DNA of 64,000 nucleotides, taken from Candidatus Bathyarchaeia archaeon (GTDB lineage Archaea > Thermoproteota > Bathyarchaeia > Bathyarchaeales > Bathycorpusculaceae). Each line of letters begins with the position of its first letter. Position 1 is the stretch's first letter. The notes below the pieces were generated by a model that did no database searches, was not told where the DNA came from, and saw only the letters and a list, made by a program, of their open reading frames with translations. The stretch lies in the NCBI GenBank assembly GCA_038727135.1, contig JAVYWL010000002.1, positions 160,001 to 224,000 on the forward strand, written 5' to 3'. The translations under genes and the position numbers were made by a program. Positions 19,398 through 28,502 of the stretch are shown piece after piece.

Positions 19398-19735
19398 AAC
19401 ACAAAAAGGCAAACAAAATGGAAGAAAACCTCAAAAAAGAAATTGTTCAACACATAACCAAAAACCTACTAGACATCCAAATAATGTGCCTAGTAAGCAA
19501 AGAACCAGCATGGGGATACAAAATAAAAAAGCAAATAGAAGCCTTCTCTGGACTAAAAATACGCCACGGAGCCCTATACCCACTACTCAAAAAACTTGAA
19601 AACAAAGGTCTAATAAAAAGCCAAAAACAACAGCAAGGAAAACGCACAAGAAAAGTATACACAATAACCGATAAAGGAAAAACATATATAAACGTATATT
19701 ATCATGTGCTGAAAGAGCAATGGGGTATTAATTAA
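19398..19735 (+). CDS. PadR-family transcriptional regulator
   Basis: AWGYKI, GALYPLLKKLE..G, RKVYTIT.KG; start taken at MEENLKK. Confidence 0.88.
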
Positions 19736-19776
19736 TTTTAAGTGATTTAAAGTGACTATACTTAAAATGAAGAATT

Positions 19777-20763
19777 ATGACTCCTAAAATTGGTAAAATA
19801 GTTGTCGCTGATCTTAAAAAGCGAAGTAAGAAAGGGTTAAGGTTGGCTAAGCAAATACTTAAAGCGGAGAAAATTGGGAATCCAACACTGCGTGAGGCGC
19901 TTGAACACTATGTTGAATATTGGAGCGACTTTGTCCACCCAGGATTATTCTCAATAGCATGTGAAGCTGTCGGAGGCAGCATCGACAACCTTCGATTAGC
20001 ACAAGCATCAATAGCCATGATGGCAGCAGCATTTGACATACATGATGACATACTAGACAAGTCTAAAGTTAAATATGGAATACCTACAGTTTACGGCAAG
20101 TTTGGTGCTGAAATTGCGCTTCTCCTAGGCGATGCACTATTAATAGAGAGTTTCAAACTTTTTATTGATTCAACAAGAATGTTGCCAAAGAAAACAATTA
20201 GGAGCGCGCTTAGCACAATTAAAAAATTAACTTTCGAGGTTGGCAACGCGCATGTTTTTGAGGTTGTCATAAAAAAAGGGAGGGAGGTTACACCGGATAA
20301 TTATATGCAGGTCATTAAGATGAAAGCGGCTGGAATTGAGTTGGACATGCACCTCGGTGCACTTTTGGGTGGAGGAACTACAAAAGATGTTAAAGTTTTG
20401 GCAAAATTGGGTAGAATAATTGGGATTTTGGGCATGCTTCGTGAAGAATTTATCGATATTTTTGAAGTAGAAGAGCTTTCTCAACGAATCGCTGTCCAGG
20501 ATTTACCATTACCTATAATATTTGCAATGCGCGATCATAAAGCAAAAATAAAGCTATCAAGCATTATTTCAAAGCCTAAAATAACGAACGAAGATGTTGA
20601 TGAACTATTAGACATAGTTTTCGAATCTGATAAAATTGTCAACTTAAAAAGAAAAATGCAATGCCTACAGAGGCAAGGATTGGAGCTTATTAAAGTAATC
20701 CACAATAATGAACCTAAAAATAAATTAGAGTCTATTTTACTTTTTATGCTTGAGGACTTGTAG
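19777..20763 (+). CDS. Polyprenyl-synthetase-fold protein with degenerate SARM and IPP site (ComQ-like prenyltransferase candidate)
   Basis: FARM DIHDDILD and ALLLGDAL kept. GKRxRP replaced by DFVHP, RRG by KYG, and SARM by LREEFID. Confidence 0.8.
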   Translation: MTPKIGKIVVADLKKRSKKGLRLAKQILKAEKIGNPTLREALEHYVEYWSDFVHPGLFSIACEAVGGSIDNLRLAQASIAMMAAAFDIHDDILDKSKVKYGIPTVYGKFGAEIALLLGDALLIESFKLFIDSTRMLPKKTIRSALSTIKKLTFEVGNAHVFEVVIKKGREVTPDNYMQVIKMKAAGIELDMHLGALLGGGTTKDVKVLAKLGRIIGILGMLREEFIDIFEVEELSQRIAVQDLPLPIIFAMRDHKAKIKLSSIISKPKITNEDVDELLDIVFESDKIVNLKRKMQCLQRQGLELIKVIHNNEPKNKLESILLFMLEDL

Positions 20764-20774
20764 TAGTAACTAAA

Positions 20775-20834
20775 TTACATACCAGCTCTAATCGGAATTT
20801 CTCTCTTTTTAGCTCTTTTTATTGCGCCTTTCAC
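20775..20834 (-). CDS. Putative 19-aa peptide MKGAIKRAKKREIPIRAGM (not in the ORF track)
   Basis: GTG start, purine-rich leader, and a TATA-like box ~37 nt upstream. Confidence 0.45.
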   Translation of the reverse strand: MKGAIKRAKKREIPIRAGM

Positions 20835-20870
20835 CCTTCATCCCTGTATTAGTGTACAACAAATCTACTA

Positions 20871-20898
20871 ATAAAACTTTCTGCGAAGAAAGTTTTAT
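20871..20898. promoter_or_regulatory. Palindromic back-to-back BRE/TATA promoter
   Basis: ATAAAACTTTCT-GCGA-AGAAAGTTTTAT; each strand reads GAAAGTTTTAT about 35 nt before a start codon. Confidence 0.65.
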
Positions 20899-20931
20899 CT
20901 TGTAGGGCTACTATTAGCGAGCTAGAAAAAG

Positions 20932-22164
20932 ATGACCATCACAAAATTGTCTAAAAAGAAAAACGCATTAACAAGATCTTCTTCGTCAGTCTTCTTGGTA
21001 ATCAATAGTTTTGTGTGGTTCACATTAACTCATGCTGCTTTTAACACAGCAGTAAATGAGGCAATTTTGTCTGAAAACGAAAAACTAAGCTTATTTACTT
21101 TCTACTATGTAGGTATTGCAGTTTCAGCAGTGGTAGGTTCAAAATTTTTCCCTCAAAAACGGGTTAAATACCTTAAATTATGGCCTTTTATTGGGGGTAT
21201 TGCCACACTTTTAATGTCTGCTTTTTTTGTTAATAACCTAGCAGTTAACATATTACTTGCCTTTTTCCTCGGTATTTCTATTGGAGTAGGGTTTCCTTCT
21301 TGCATGGGAAATTTTGCTGATTCAACATTCATCGAGGAACGAGGTTTTATAGGCGGAGTGGTATGGAGCGCCGTAGGATTCTTTGTATTACTTTTTGCCA
21401 TTTTAATAAGTATGTTTGGGCGATTGGAAATGATCATTATGTTAGCGCTGTGGCGATTCCTCGGAGGCGCTGGTTTTCTATTTATGCAACAAAAATGTGA
21501 GACATTTCACACTCGGAAATCTCTCAGTTACGCAGAGATCCTTCATAAAAAAGATACATTGCTATATTTATTTCCATGGATTCTGTTTTGTATTATAAAC
21601 TGGGCAGAAATACCGATAATAGAAAAAGCCTTTACAGCTGTAGGAATAGATTTTTCATTCGTTTTACTTGTGGAATTTGCGCTTATAGGTGTCTTTGCGC
21701 TACTGGGAGGGATTATTGCAGACGCTATAGGTAGAAAACGCGTAGTTATTGCCGGATTCATAATGTTGGGCATAGAATATGCTGCAATGAGTATATCTTT
21801 CAACTCTCCCATAACTTTATATCTATTTTTAACTTTTGACGGCTCAACATGGGGATTGTTTTTTTCAGTTTTCTTTATGACTCTTTGGGGAGATCTTGGC
21901 GAAAATTATGAAAAAGAAAAATACTACATTTTAGGCGGTCTTCCATACCTTCTTGCAGGTTTCGTGTCAGTTTTAATTGAACCCTACGTTCGCGTCATTT
22001 CTTCAGCGGCGGCATTTTCTTTTGCAAGTTTTTTCTTGTTCTTGGCTGTTGTTCCTTTAATGTTTGCTCCCGAGACTTTGCCTGAAAAAGCGCTCAAGGA
22101 GAGGGAGCTTCGGAGTTATATTGAGAAGGCTAAGCGGGTTAGGGAAAAGTTTACGAAGAGCTGA
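20932..22164 (+). CDS. MFS transporter
   Basis: About 12 TM; GIIADAIGRKR motif A; PET near the C-terminus. Confidence 0.88.
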   Translation: MTITKLSKKKNALTRSSSSVFLVINSFVWFTLTHAAFNTAVNEAILSENEKLSLFTFYYVGIAVSAVVGSKFFPQKRVKYLKLWPFIGGIATLLMSAFFVNNLAVNILLAFFLGISIGVGFPSCMGNFADSTFIEERGFIGGVVWSAVGFFVLLFAILISMFGRLEMIIMLALWRFLGGAGFLFMQQKCETFHTRKSLSYAEILHKKDTLLYLFPWILFCIINWAEIPIIEKAFTAVGIDFSFVLLVEFALIGVFALLGGIIADAIGRKRVVIAGFIMLGIEYAAMSISFNSPITLYLFLTFDGSTWGLFFSVFFMTLWGDLGENYEKEKYYILGGLPYLLAGFVSVLIEPYVRVISSAAAFSFASFFLFLAVVPLMFAPETLPEKALKERELRSYIEKAKRVREKFTKS

Positions 22165-22176
22165 TTAGCTTTTGCT

Positions 22177-23313
22177 TTGCTGGTGGGCTGTGTGTTCTTT
22201 CATGTTATGTTGACGACTGAGTGTGACTTGGAGTGTCGTTATTGTTTTGGTGAAGCCTTAGAGGATTTTTGCGGCGGTTTTGGCGGTTTTGATGTTGATT
22301 ATTCTTTGCCTAAGCGTTTAGGCTATGATGTTAGCTTGCTAGAGCGTTTTTGTGGGCTTGATTCTGATTGTGTTTTGATTTTTTATGGTGGTGAGCCTCT
22401 TTTATGCTTGGATGATGTTAAGCGTATAATGGATAGCGTTAATGCGAGGCGTTTTGCTGTTCAGACGAATGGTTTACATTTGAGCTGTTTAGAACCAGCC
22501 TATGTTAATCGTTTTAGTGTTATTTTGGTGTCTGTCGATGGGGATGAGGCCCTAACCGATTATTATCGTGGTGGGGGCGTTTACCGTCGGGTTGTGGAGA
22601 ATTTGAGGCAGATTAAGCGTAATGGCTTTAATGGTGAGGTTATTGCTCGGATGACTGTTATGGAGGAAACTGACATCTATGGGCAGGTTTTGTGGCTTCT
22701 AGGCAATGATGATTTTGCCTTTTCTTCTGTTCATTGGCAGCTTAACGCTGGTTTTTGGAACGATTTTGAGAGGCGGAATTTCAAAGAATGGGTTGAGAGA
22801 AGTTATAATCCTGGAATTCGCCGCCTCGTGAAGTTTTGGGTTGACCAGATGGAGAAGCACGGCGTTGTTTTGAGGCTTTACCCGTTTTTGGGCGTGGCGC
22901 AGTCTCTTTTGCTTGGTGAGGAAAAGTCGCCTTTAAGATGTGGCGCTGGTTGGATTAATTATGCTATTCAGACGGATGGGCATATTGTGCCTTGTCCAAG
23001 CATGTGGGGCATGCGGGACTTCTATGTTGGGCACATTAGCACTGCGCATCCATTGAGGCTTAGGAAGGTTTTTGTGGGCGAGCCTTGCACAAGCTGTGGA
23101 ATTTTCGGCGTTTGTGGCGGCAGATGCCTATACGCCAACCTCACGAGGCGCTGGAGTCCAGAAGCCTATAGGCTTGTCTGCAAAACCGTTGAGAACATGA
23201 TTAATGCCATAATGGATGAGTTGCCGAGAATTAGGGAGCTTATTAGAACTGGCAGGATAAGGGTTGAGGATTTCAACTTTTTAAAGTATGTTGGTTGTGA
23301 AATAATTCCGTAG
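22177..23313 (+). CDS. Radical SAM/SPASM protein (AF0577/TIGR04084-like)
   Basis: CDLECRYC, FYGGEP, SPASM Cys cluster, C-terminal GCEIIP. Confidence 0.85.
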   Translation: MLVGCVFFHVMLTTECDLECRYCFGEALEDFCGGFGGFDVDYSLPKRLGYDVSLLERFCGLDSDCVLIFYGGEPLLCLDDVKRIMDSVNARRFAVQTNGLHLSCLEPAYVNRFSVILVSVDGDEALTDYYRGGGVYRRVVENLRQIKRNGFNGEVIARMTVMEETDIYGQVLWLLGNDDFAFSSVHWQLNAGFWNDFERRNFKEWVERSYNPGIRRLVKFWVDQMEKHGVVLRLYPFLGVAQSLLLGEEKSPLRCGAGWINYAIQTDGHIVPCPSMWGMRDFYVGHISTAHPLRLRKVFVGEPCTSCGIFGVCGGRCLYANLTRRWSPEAYRLVCKTVENMINAIMDELPRIRELIRTGRIRVEDFNFLKYVGCEIIP

Positions 23314-23506
23314 TAGCGTATGGTCATATTTGTGGCTACTGGGATTTAACAAATATGCTAACTTCTCTAAGTTTTCCACCACAACTTTCCCATTTGGAAG
23401 GGAAAATAAGCTAAACTGCAATTTTATTTTCGCTACCTCCTTCTCCTCTAGACTTTGAGGTAAGATTTAAACCTGAAAATGCGCCTACTTCAATTGTGAG
23501 TTAAGA

Positions 23507-24214
23507 TTGCCCGCCTTCTTGGAAATTGAAGGGAGAATTGTGGAAGGAGTTTTTAGGAAGCGGCTGACCCGTTTTTCGGCACAGGTGGAGGTTGGCGGGA
23601 AAAATGTTGAGTGCTTTTTGCCTAACCCTGGAAGGCTCAGCGAGCTGCTGTTTTCTGGCGTTAGGGTTGTCTTGAAAGAGGCGGCGATCGTCGGTTTCAG
23701 GAAGACTGTTTACGACCTTGTAGGCGTTTATCATGGTGGCAAAGTGGTTTCCGTTGACGCCCGCATACCCAACAAGCTTGTTTTTAAAGCGTTGAAGAAC
23801 GGTGACTTGCCGGAGTTTCTTGGCTACATAGTTATTAAATCTGAGCACCCTTATGGGCGTGCAAAGTTCGACTTTCTCCTTGAAGGTTTAGGGCTTAAAT
23901 CATGCCTTTTGGAGGTTAAGTCTTGCACTCTTGTCCGTTACGGGATTGCAATGTTTCCAGACGCCCCAACCGAGAGAGGTACGCGACAACTTTTTGAGCT
24001 TGTTAAAGCCTTAAAGGATGGTTATAGGGCTGCTGTGCTTTTTGTTATTCAAAGAGACGATGCCTACCGGTTTACAGCGAATGATGAGACGGATCCAAAA
24101 TTTGGCAGGGCTCTTCGGGAAGCCTATAGGCAGGGGGTGGAGGTTTATGCTTACTCGGCGAGTTTTGCCGAAAATAGGGTTTGGCTTAACGGAAGGGTTA
24201 GGGTTTTGCTTTAG
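23507..24214 (+). CDS. sfsA: DNA/RNA nuclease SfsA
   Basis: PNPGRL, DFLL, EVKSCTL, FPDAPTERG. Confidence 0.9.
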   Translation: MPAFLEIEGRIVEGVFRKRLTRFSAQVEVGGKNVECFLPNPGRLSELLFSGVRVVLKEAAIVGFRKTVYDLVGVYHGGKVVSVDARIPNKLVFKALKNGDLPEFLGYIVIKSEHPYGRAKFDFLLEGLGLKSCLLEVKSCTLVRYGIAMFPDAPTERGTRQLFELVKALKDGYRAAVLFVIQRDDAYRFTANDETDPKFGRALREAYRQGVEVYAYSASFAENRVWLNGRVRVLL

Positions 24215-24264
24215 CCATGTTGATTTGAGCCGCTAAAAAGGGAAATTATAAAAATAGGTTTTGC

Positions 24265-24918
24265 ATGAGAAAATTTAACCCAAAAATGATGGAGATGGCG
24301 TTGATGGCCAAGGCTGTGCAGAGGAAGTTTGTGGCTGTTGACCCTGCCAAGTGCACGGGCTGCAGCCTATGCGAATACGTTTGTGTTTTGGAAAAGAATG
24401 AGCCTTTATGGAATCCTTTAAGGTCTAGGATCAGGGTTATACGCCTAACACCAGCCTTTAACCTGGCTTTGACATGCCGCTTCTGTGAGAACGCCCCATG
24501 TGTTAGGGCTTGTCCGAGGAAAGCCTTAACCCAGTCTGAGGAGGGCTTCATCCTTGTTGATGAAGCTAAATGTGACCGATGCGGCTGGTGTATACAGGCT
24601 TGCCCGTATGGCGGGGTTTCTCTCCACCCGGATAAAACTTCTGTTTTGGTTTGCGACCTTTGTAAAGACAAGCCAGAGGGACCCCAATGCGTGGAGTTTT
24701 GTCCAGAAGAAGCCCTGGAACTTGTGAGCGGAAATGATGTTGTAACTAAGAAGTGGCTGACTGCCATGGAAAAGATACCATCAAACATTGAGAAGCTGAC
24801 AAACCTTGTTAATAGGCGGGAGTGGGCTGTCCTATTTGAAGAAGCCGAAGACAGGGCGAAGAGGCTTTCAGAAAAGCTTGAGGCAATTAACAAAAAGTGG
24901 GGCTACAAGCTAAGGTAG
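24265..24918 (+). CDS. 4Fe-4S dicluster (DmsB/CooF-like) electron-transfer protein
   Basis: Four Cys clusters, e.g. CTGCSLCEYVC, CRFCENAPCVRACP, CDRCGWCIQACP. Confidence 0.87.
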   Translation: MRKFNPKMMEMALMAKAVQRKFVAVDPAKCTGCSLCEYVCVLEKNEPLWNPLRSRIRVIRLTPAFNLALTCRFCENAPCVRACPRKALTQSEEGFILVDEAKCDRCGWCIQACPYGGVSLHPDKTSVLVCDLCKDKPEGPQCVEFCPEEALELVSGNDVVTKKWLTAMEKIPSNIEKLTNLVNRREWAVLFEEAEDRAKRLSEKLEAINKKWGYKLR

Positions 24919-24989
24919 CAGTATAATAAATCCTTTTGGGGAATATTTATATCTCACCATATTCATATTTTTTGGTGAAGATGATATAA

Positions 24990-25232
24990 ATGGCAGAAAT
25001 CGTCGTAAAAGAAATCGACTCTCAAGGGAGAGTGTCAATTCCAGCACGCTGGCGGAAGAATTTTAAATCTCGTAAACTTGCGTTGATAAAACGGGGAAAT
25101 AGAATAGAAATAGTTTCTGTGGAAGCACTTTCACCTTCCGCATTGTTCGACTCAATAAGAGTTTCTGAAAATGTGGATTTTACTGATTCCCATGCTCTTA
25201 AGAAGGCTTTGTCGGAGCTTAATGAACGTTGA
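24990..25232 (+). CDS. vapB: AbrB/MazE-type antitoxin (VapB)
   Basis: IDSQGRVSIPARWR; overlaps the PIN gene. Confidence 0.85.
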   Translation: MAEIVVKEIDSQGRVSIPARWRKNFKSRKLALIKRGNRIEIVSVEALSPSALFDSIRVSENVDFTDSHALKKALSELNER

Positions 25233-25651
25233 AGTTTGTAGATTCAAACATTTTTCTTCACGCTTACCTGGTCCCCCGTAGAACTTTAACAAAAGATGAG
25301 CAGAGAGTTAAGGACGAAGCCAAAGCTATTGTGAGGAGGATAGAAGAGGGCGAAGAGGTCGCCATCACAGTTGTTCACCTTTCAGAAGTTGTAAATGTAG
25401 TGGAGGCGGGACTTGGCATTAAGGAATCTTTGGGCTTTTTGGCATGGGTTGTGACAAGCGAAAATGTGAAGGTGTACTCGGTTGGCGCAAAAGACTATGA
25501 GGCAGCGTTACTATTGGCGAAAGAAAAAGAGATAGGTGCCAATGATGCTTTGGCTTATTTATTCATGAAGGCTCATGGGATAAGCGAAATTTACACCTTC
25601 GACAAACACTTTAAAAAATTAGGGGACATAACAAAACTGCCAGAAATGTAG
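25229..25651 (+). CDS. vapC: VapC PIN-domain toxin
   Basis: FVDSNIF, HLSE, NDAL, IYTFDKHF. Confidence 0.9.
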   Translation: MKFVDSNIFLHAYLVPRRTLTKDEQRVKDEAKAIVRRIEEGEEVAITVVHLSEVVNVVEAGLGIKESLGFLAWVVTSENVKVYSVGAKDYEAALLLAKEKEIGANDALAYLFMKAHGISEIYTFDKHFKKLGDITKLPEM

Positions 25652-25661
25652 GTTTTTCACA

Positions 25662-26012
25662 TTAAAGTTTGCTTTCACAGTCGAAGCATAAGTCGTTTTC
25701 ACGGTTTGTCCAGAAGACTTTGCCGCATCGCTTGCATGTTGTTTTCCGCAGTAAGCCTTTTTCCTCTGTTTTTGTCGGTGTAAAGGCGAATTGTGGCTTT
25801 GGGAAGGTTATGGCTTTTTTGTGGCATAGGGGTTCGCATGCCGTGCAGCCGTTAACACATTTGTGGGGATTGGCTACGACTGCCTTACCGTCTATGAAGG
25901 CGAATACGCCGTTTGGGCAGTATTCCACACAGCGGGGCTTGCCAAAAGGCGCACAGCCATCACACTTTTCTGGAAAGACTGTCGGATACCACGGGGTGCA
26001 AGCCCTAGCCAT
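25662..26012 (-). CDS. Ferredoxin with C-terminal zinc ribbon
   Basis: CDGC...CVEYCP, CVNGCTACEPLC; tail CKRC...CFDC. Confidence 0.82.
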   Translation of the reverse strand: MARACTPWYPTVFPEKCDGCAPFGKPRCVEYCPNGVFAFIDGKAVVANPHKCVNGCTACEPLCHKKAITFPKPQFAFTPTKTEEKGLLRKTTCKRCGKVFWTNRENDLCFDCESKL

Positions 26013-26021
26013 AGGTGCTTT

Positions 26022-26216
26022 TCACCTTTTCATGCTCTTGCGGCAGTCATAGCAGTATTCCGTTTCAAAGTTTGTTAGGAAAGTTTTGCCGCAGCCCTTG
26101 CACTGCACTTCTTTAAGCATGCCCTCTTTTATTGGCTGAACAGCCTTTAGGGATTCTGCTGCCTCTTGGGCGCATGGGCAGGGGCGCTTAACTCCAAAAT
26201 CGTTTTGGCTTGTCAT
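26022..26216 (-). CDS. Small zinc-ribbon protein
   Basis: CPC, CKGC...CYDC. Confidence 0.7.
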   Translation of the reverse strand: MTSQNDFGVKRPCPCAQEAAESLKAVQPIKEGMLKEVQCKGCGKTFLTNFETEYCYDCRKSMKR

Positions 26217-26217
26217 G

Positions 26218-27276
26218 TTATAGCGACCCGCTTAAAAAGCCGTATAATAGTCCGAAGGTTACGCTTCCAGCCCAAGCAACTATCACATACGTGACTACAA
26301 CCTTCCATTTGGCTATTCTTGAAACAGCCATGGCGTTGGCAAAGTCATAGGGTTGACCCATAAGCCAGCTCAACAAAGCGCCCTTCGACATGCCCTTGCT
26401 CCATAACTCTTGTCCCAGTGCAATTTCAACAAGGGTTGGCGTATAAAGTGGACCGCCGAGGACTGACGCTATCAAAACGCCGGTAACACCTGTTAAGTAT
26501 GCTTCAACAATTTCTTCGGGGATGAACGCTGAAAGGTAGCCCACCACTATAAGCCCTATAATGAAGAATGGGAGAATTTGTTTTGCCAAGTATCCGGCGA
26601 ACTTGAGCGCTGCCCAAAGCCTTTCGTCTAGAGGCGGCTTGACAATTTCCACTTTCGCCGAAGCTGCGGCGGAATTGGCCATTTGGAAATCTTTTTCGAT
26701 GGCTTTGCCCCAAGGCGTTTTGGAAACAATTAAGCCTGCAATTAAGGCCACAGCTGCAGACACTATAATGCGTACTCCGGCTATTTCCCATGAAATCATT
26801 TCGCCAGTCATTAGAATTGTTAAGATGTTTGCCGCTGGCGCCATTAAAAGAAACGTGATTGCAGGTCCTATGCCAGCCCCAGCGTACAGGACTCCGCCGA
26901 AAAGCGGAACCATTGTGCATGAACAAACGGTCAAAAATGGCGCCATTCCAAGAGCCAAAACGTATCCAAAAACTTTTCCCCTTCCCATATATTTTGTTAT
27001 GGTCTCTTTTGGCACAAACTCGTAGATTAGTCCGGCGACACCAAACGCGAAGAGGAGGCATATCCAAGCGTGGCTGAAGTAGTCAGCAATATATAATGCT
27101 GGAATTGCCAAATATACAAGCGGAGTTTCCCATAAGCCGAGCGCGTCCAGTTTATCCTTGAACGTTTCCCTTGTAGGCTTGGCTGTGACTCGGCTATAGA
27201 TTAGGAGGCATATCACTACTATAAAGAAGGCCAATAGAATGCCCGTTCGAATAGCCCTTTTCGTCTTTTCCTCCAT
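26218..27276 (-). CDS. ArsP/DUF318-family permease
   Basis: Multi-TM; PFLTVCSC..VP and AITFLLMAP motifs; two-repeat architecture. Confidence 0.85.
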   Translation of the reverse strand: MEEKTKRAIRTGILLAFFIVVICLLIYSRVTAKPTRETFKDKLDALGLWETPLVYLAIPALYIADYFSHAWICLLFAFGVAGLIYEFVPKETITKYMGRGKVFGYVLALGMAPFLTVCSCTMVPLFGGVLYAGAGIGPAITFLLMAPAANILTILMTGEMISWEIAGVRIIVSAAVALIAGLIVSKTPWGKAIEKDFQMANSAAASAKVEIVKPPLDERLWAALKFAGYLAKQILPFFIIGLIVVGYLSAFIPEEIVEAYLTGVTGVLIASVLGGPLYTPTLVEIALGQELWSKGMSKGALLSWLMGQPYDFANAMAVSRIAKWKVVVTYVIVAWAGSVTFGLLYGFLSGSL

Positions 27277-27291
27277 ATGCTTTTTCGCCTT

Positions 27292-27564
27292 CTACTTGGC
27301 TGCTTCCATTATCAGTTTTTCAACTTCTTCTGGGCTTGGAACTCGTCCCATGGTTTTTACTGTGTTGTTTATGGCTATGGCCGGTGAGATCAGTACACCG
27401 TATTTCTGAACAGTTTCCTTTGACATTATGTTAACTTTTTCAATGTTCACCATAACGCCAGCTTGCTTGAGCTTCTCAGCTGCTTTTTCCACAGCTTTTT
27501 TTGCTGCTTGGCATCGCATGCAAGGCGGCTCGGTTCCAATAACTTCCACTTTGACTTCTTTCAT
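27292..27564 (-). CDS. Small thioredoxin-like protein (MTH895-like)
   Basis: EPPCMRC, YGV..SPA..IN, GRVP. Confidence 0.85.
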   Translation of the reverse strand: MKEVKVEVIGTEPPCMRCQAAKKAVEKAAEKLKQAGVMVNIEKVNIMSKETVQKYGVLISPAIAINNTVKTMGRVPSPEEVEKLIMEAAK

Positions 27565-27599
27565 GCTTTTTCACCTTGTAGAGTGAGGTGAGAATATAG

Positions 27600-27615
27600 C
27601 AATATTTAAATATTG
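27600..27615. promoter_or_regulatory. Palindrome CAATATTTAAATATTG (bidirectional TATA/ArsR operator)
   Basis: Perfect 16-bp palindrome in the divergent intergenic region. Confidence 0.6.
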
Positions 27616-27635
27616 TTATAGACTTTGCTTTAAAC

Positions 27636-27959
27636 GTGCATCCAACAATGAAAAACCTCGACAAGTTTAGGGCTAAAGTCTTCAATGCGCTTGCCGACCC
27701 TGTTAGGCTTAAAATTCTTGAGTTCTTGCGTGATGGCGAGCGATGTGTCTGTGAAATCGTTCCCTATGTGGGAATAGCCCAGCCGCTGGTTTCTAGGCAC
27801 TTGGCAATCTTAAAGCGATGCGGACTGGTAAAGGATAGAAAAGAGGGAAACAAGCGGTTCTACTCGGTGACTAGTTCGGCTGTTTTCAGAGTGATTGATG
27901 CTGTTGACGCAGGTTTTGTGGATGCACTTGTGAGGCATGTTGTTGAGCAAATAGTTTAG
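27636..27959 (+). CDS. ArsR/SmtB-family regulator
   Basis: ALADPVRLKIL, RCVCEI, VSRHL..LK..GLV. Confidence 0.92.
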   Translation: MHPTMKNLDKFRAKVFNALADPVRLKILEFLRDGERCVCEIVPYVGIAQPLVSRHLAILKRCGLVKDRKEGNKRFYSVTSSAVFRVIDAVDAGFVDALVRHVVEQIV

Positions 27960-27965
27960 GGAAAG

Positions 27966-28238
27966 GTGAAACGCGAAATGGTTGTGAAGGTTGAAACTTT
28001 CACGGCTGAACCGCCGTGTGCGGGCTGCCTAAAACTGCTGGAGTATGCGGATTTGATTAAGGCGAAGTATGGCGACAGAGTAGAAGTTATAAAGCATATC
28101 GGACCATGCGAGGAGTTCGGCAAATACGGCTTAACAGTGGTGCCAGCCATAGTTTTCAATGAAGGCAAAATTAAGATTATGGGAGTTTGTCCAAGCATGC
28201 AAACTATTGAAGCAGCGCTTAAAGAAATGGGGGTATAG
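27966..28238 (+). CDS. Small thioredoxin-like protein
   Basis: EPPCAGC, YG...VPA, GVCP. Confidence 0.8.
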   Translation: MKREMVVKVETFTAEPPCAGCLKLLEYADLIKAKYGDRVEVIKHIGPCEEFGKYGLTVVPAIVFNEGKIKIMGVCPSMQTIEAALKEMGV

Positions 28239-28241
28239 AAC

Positions 28242-28502
28242 ATGCCGGTAAAAGTTGAAGTTTTCACTTCTGAACCACCATGCTCCGGCGGAAGACTGCT
28301 CCTCAAACTTGTAGAGAAAATCAAAGAGGAGTACAAGGACAAAATTGAAATTGAAATCTACCGCGGAATGAATCCAAAACTGGGTGAGTATGGCATAAAC
28401 GCGAGTCCGGCCGTAGTCATCGACAGGGACATACGCATAATAGGAGTTTGCCCAAGCGAAGAAACCTTCAAAGAAGCATTAAGAGAGGCAGGTGTTCAAT
28501 AG
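28242..28502 (+). CDS. Small thioredoxin-like protein (CxxG monothiol variant)
   Basis: EPPCSGG, YG...SPA, GVCP; paralog of the previous gene. Confidence 0.8.
   Translation: MPVKVEVFTSEPPCSGGRLLLKLVEKIKEEYKDKIEIEIYRGMNPKLGEYGINASPAVVIDRDIRIIGVCPSEETFKEALREAGVQ

Noticed and set aside
27292-28502. Selenocysteine in the thioredoxin-like genes
   Set aside because: No in-frame TGA; the CxxG variant is encoded by a Gly codon.
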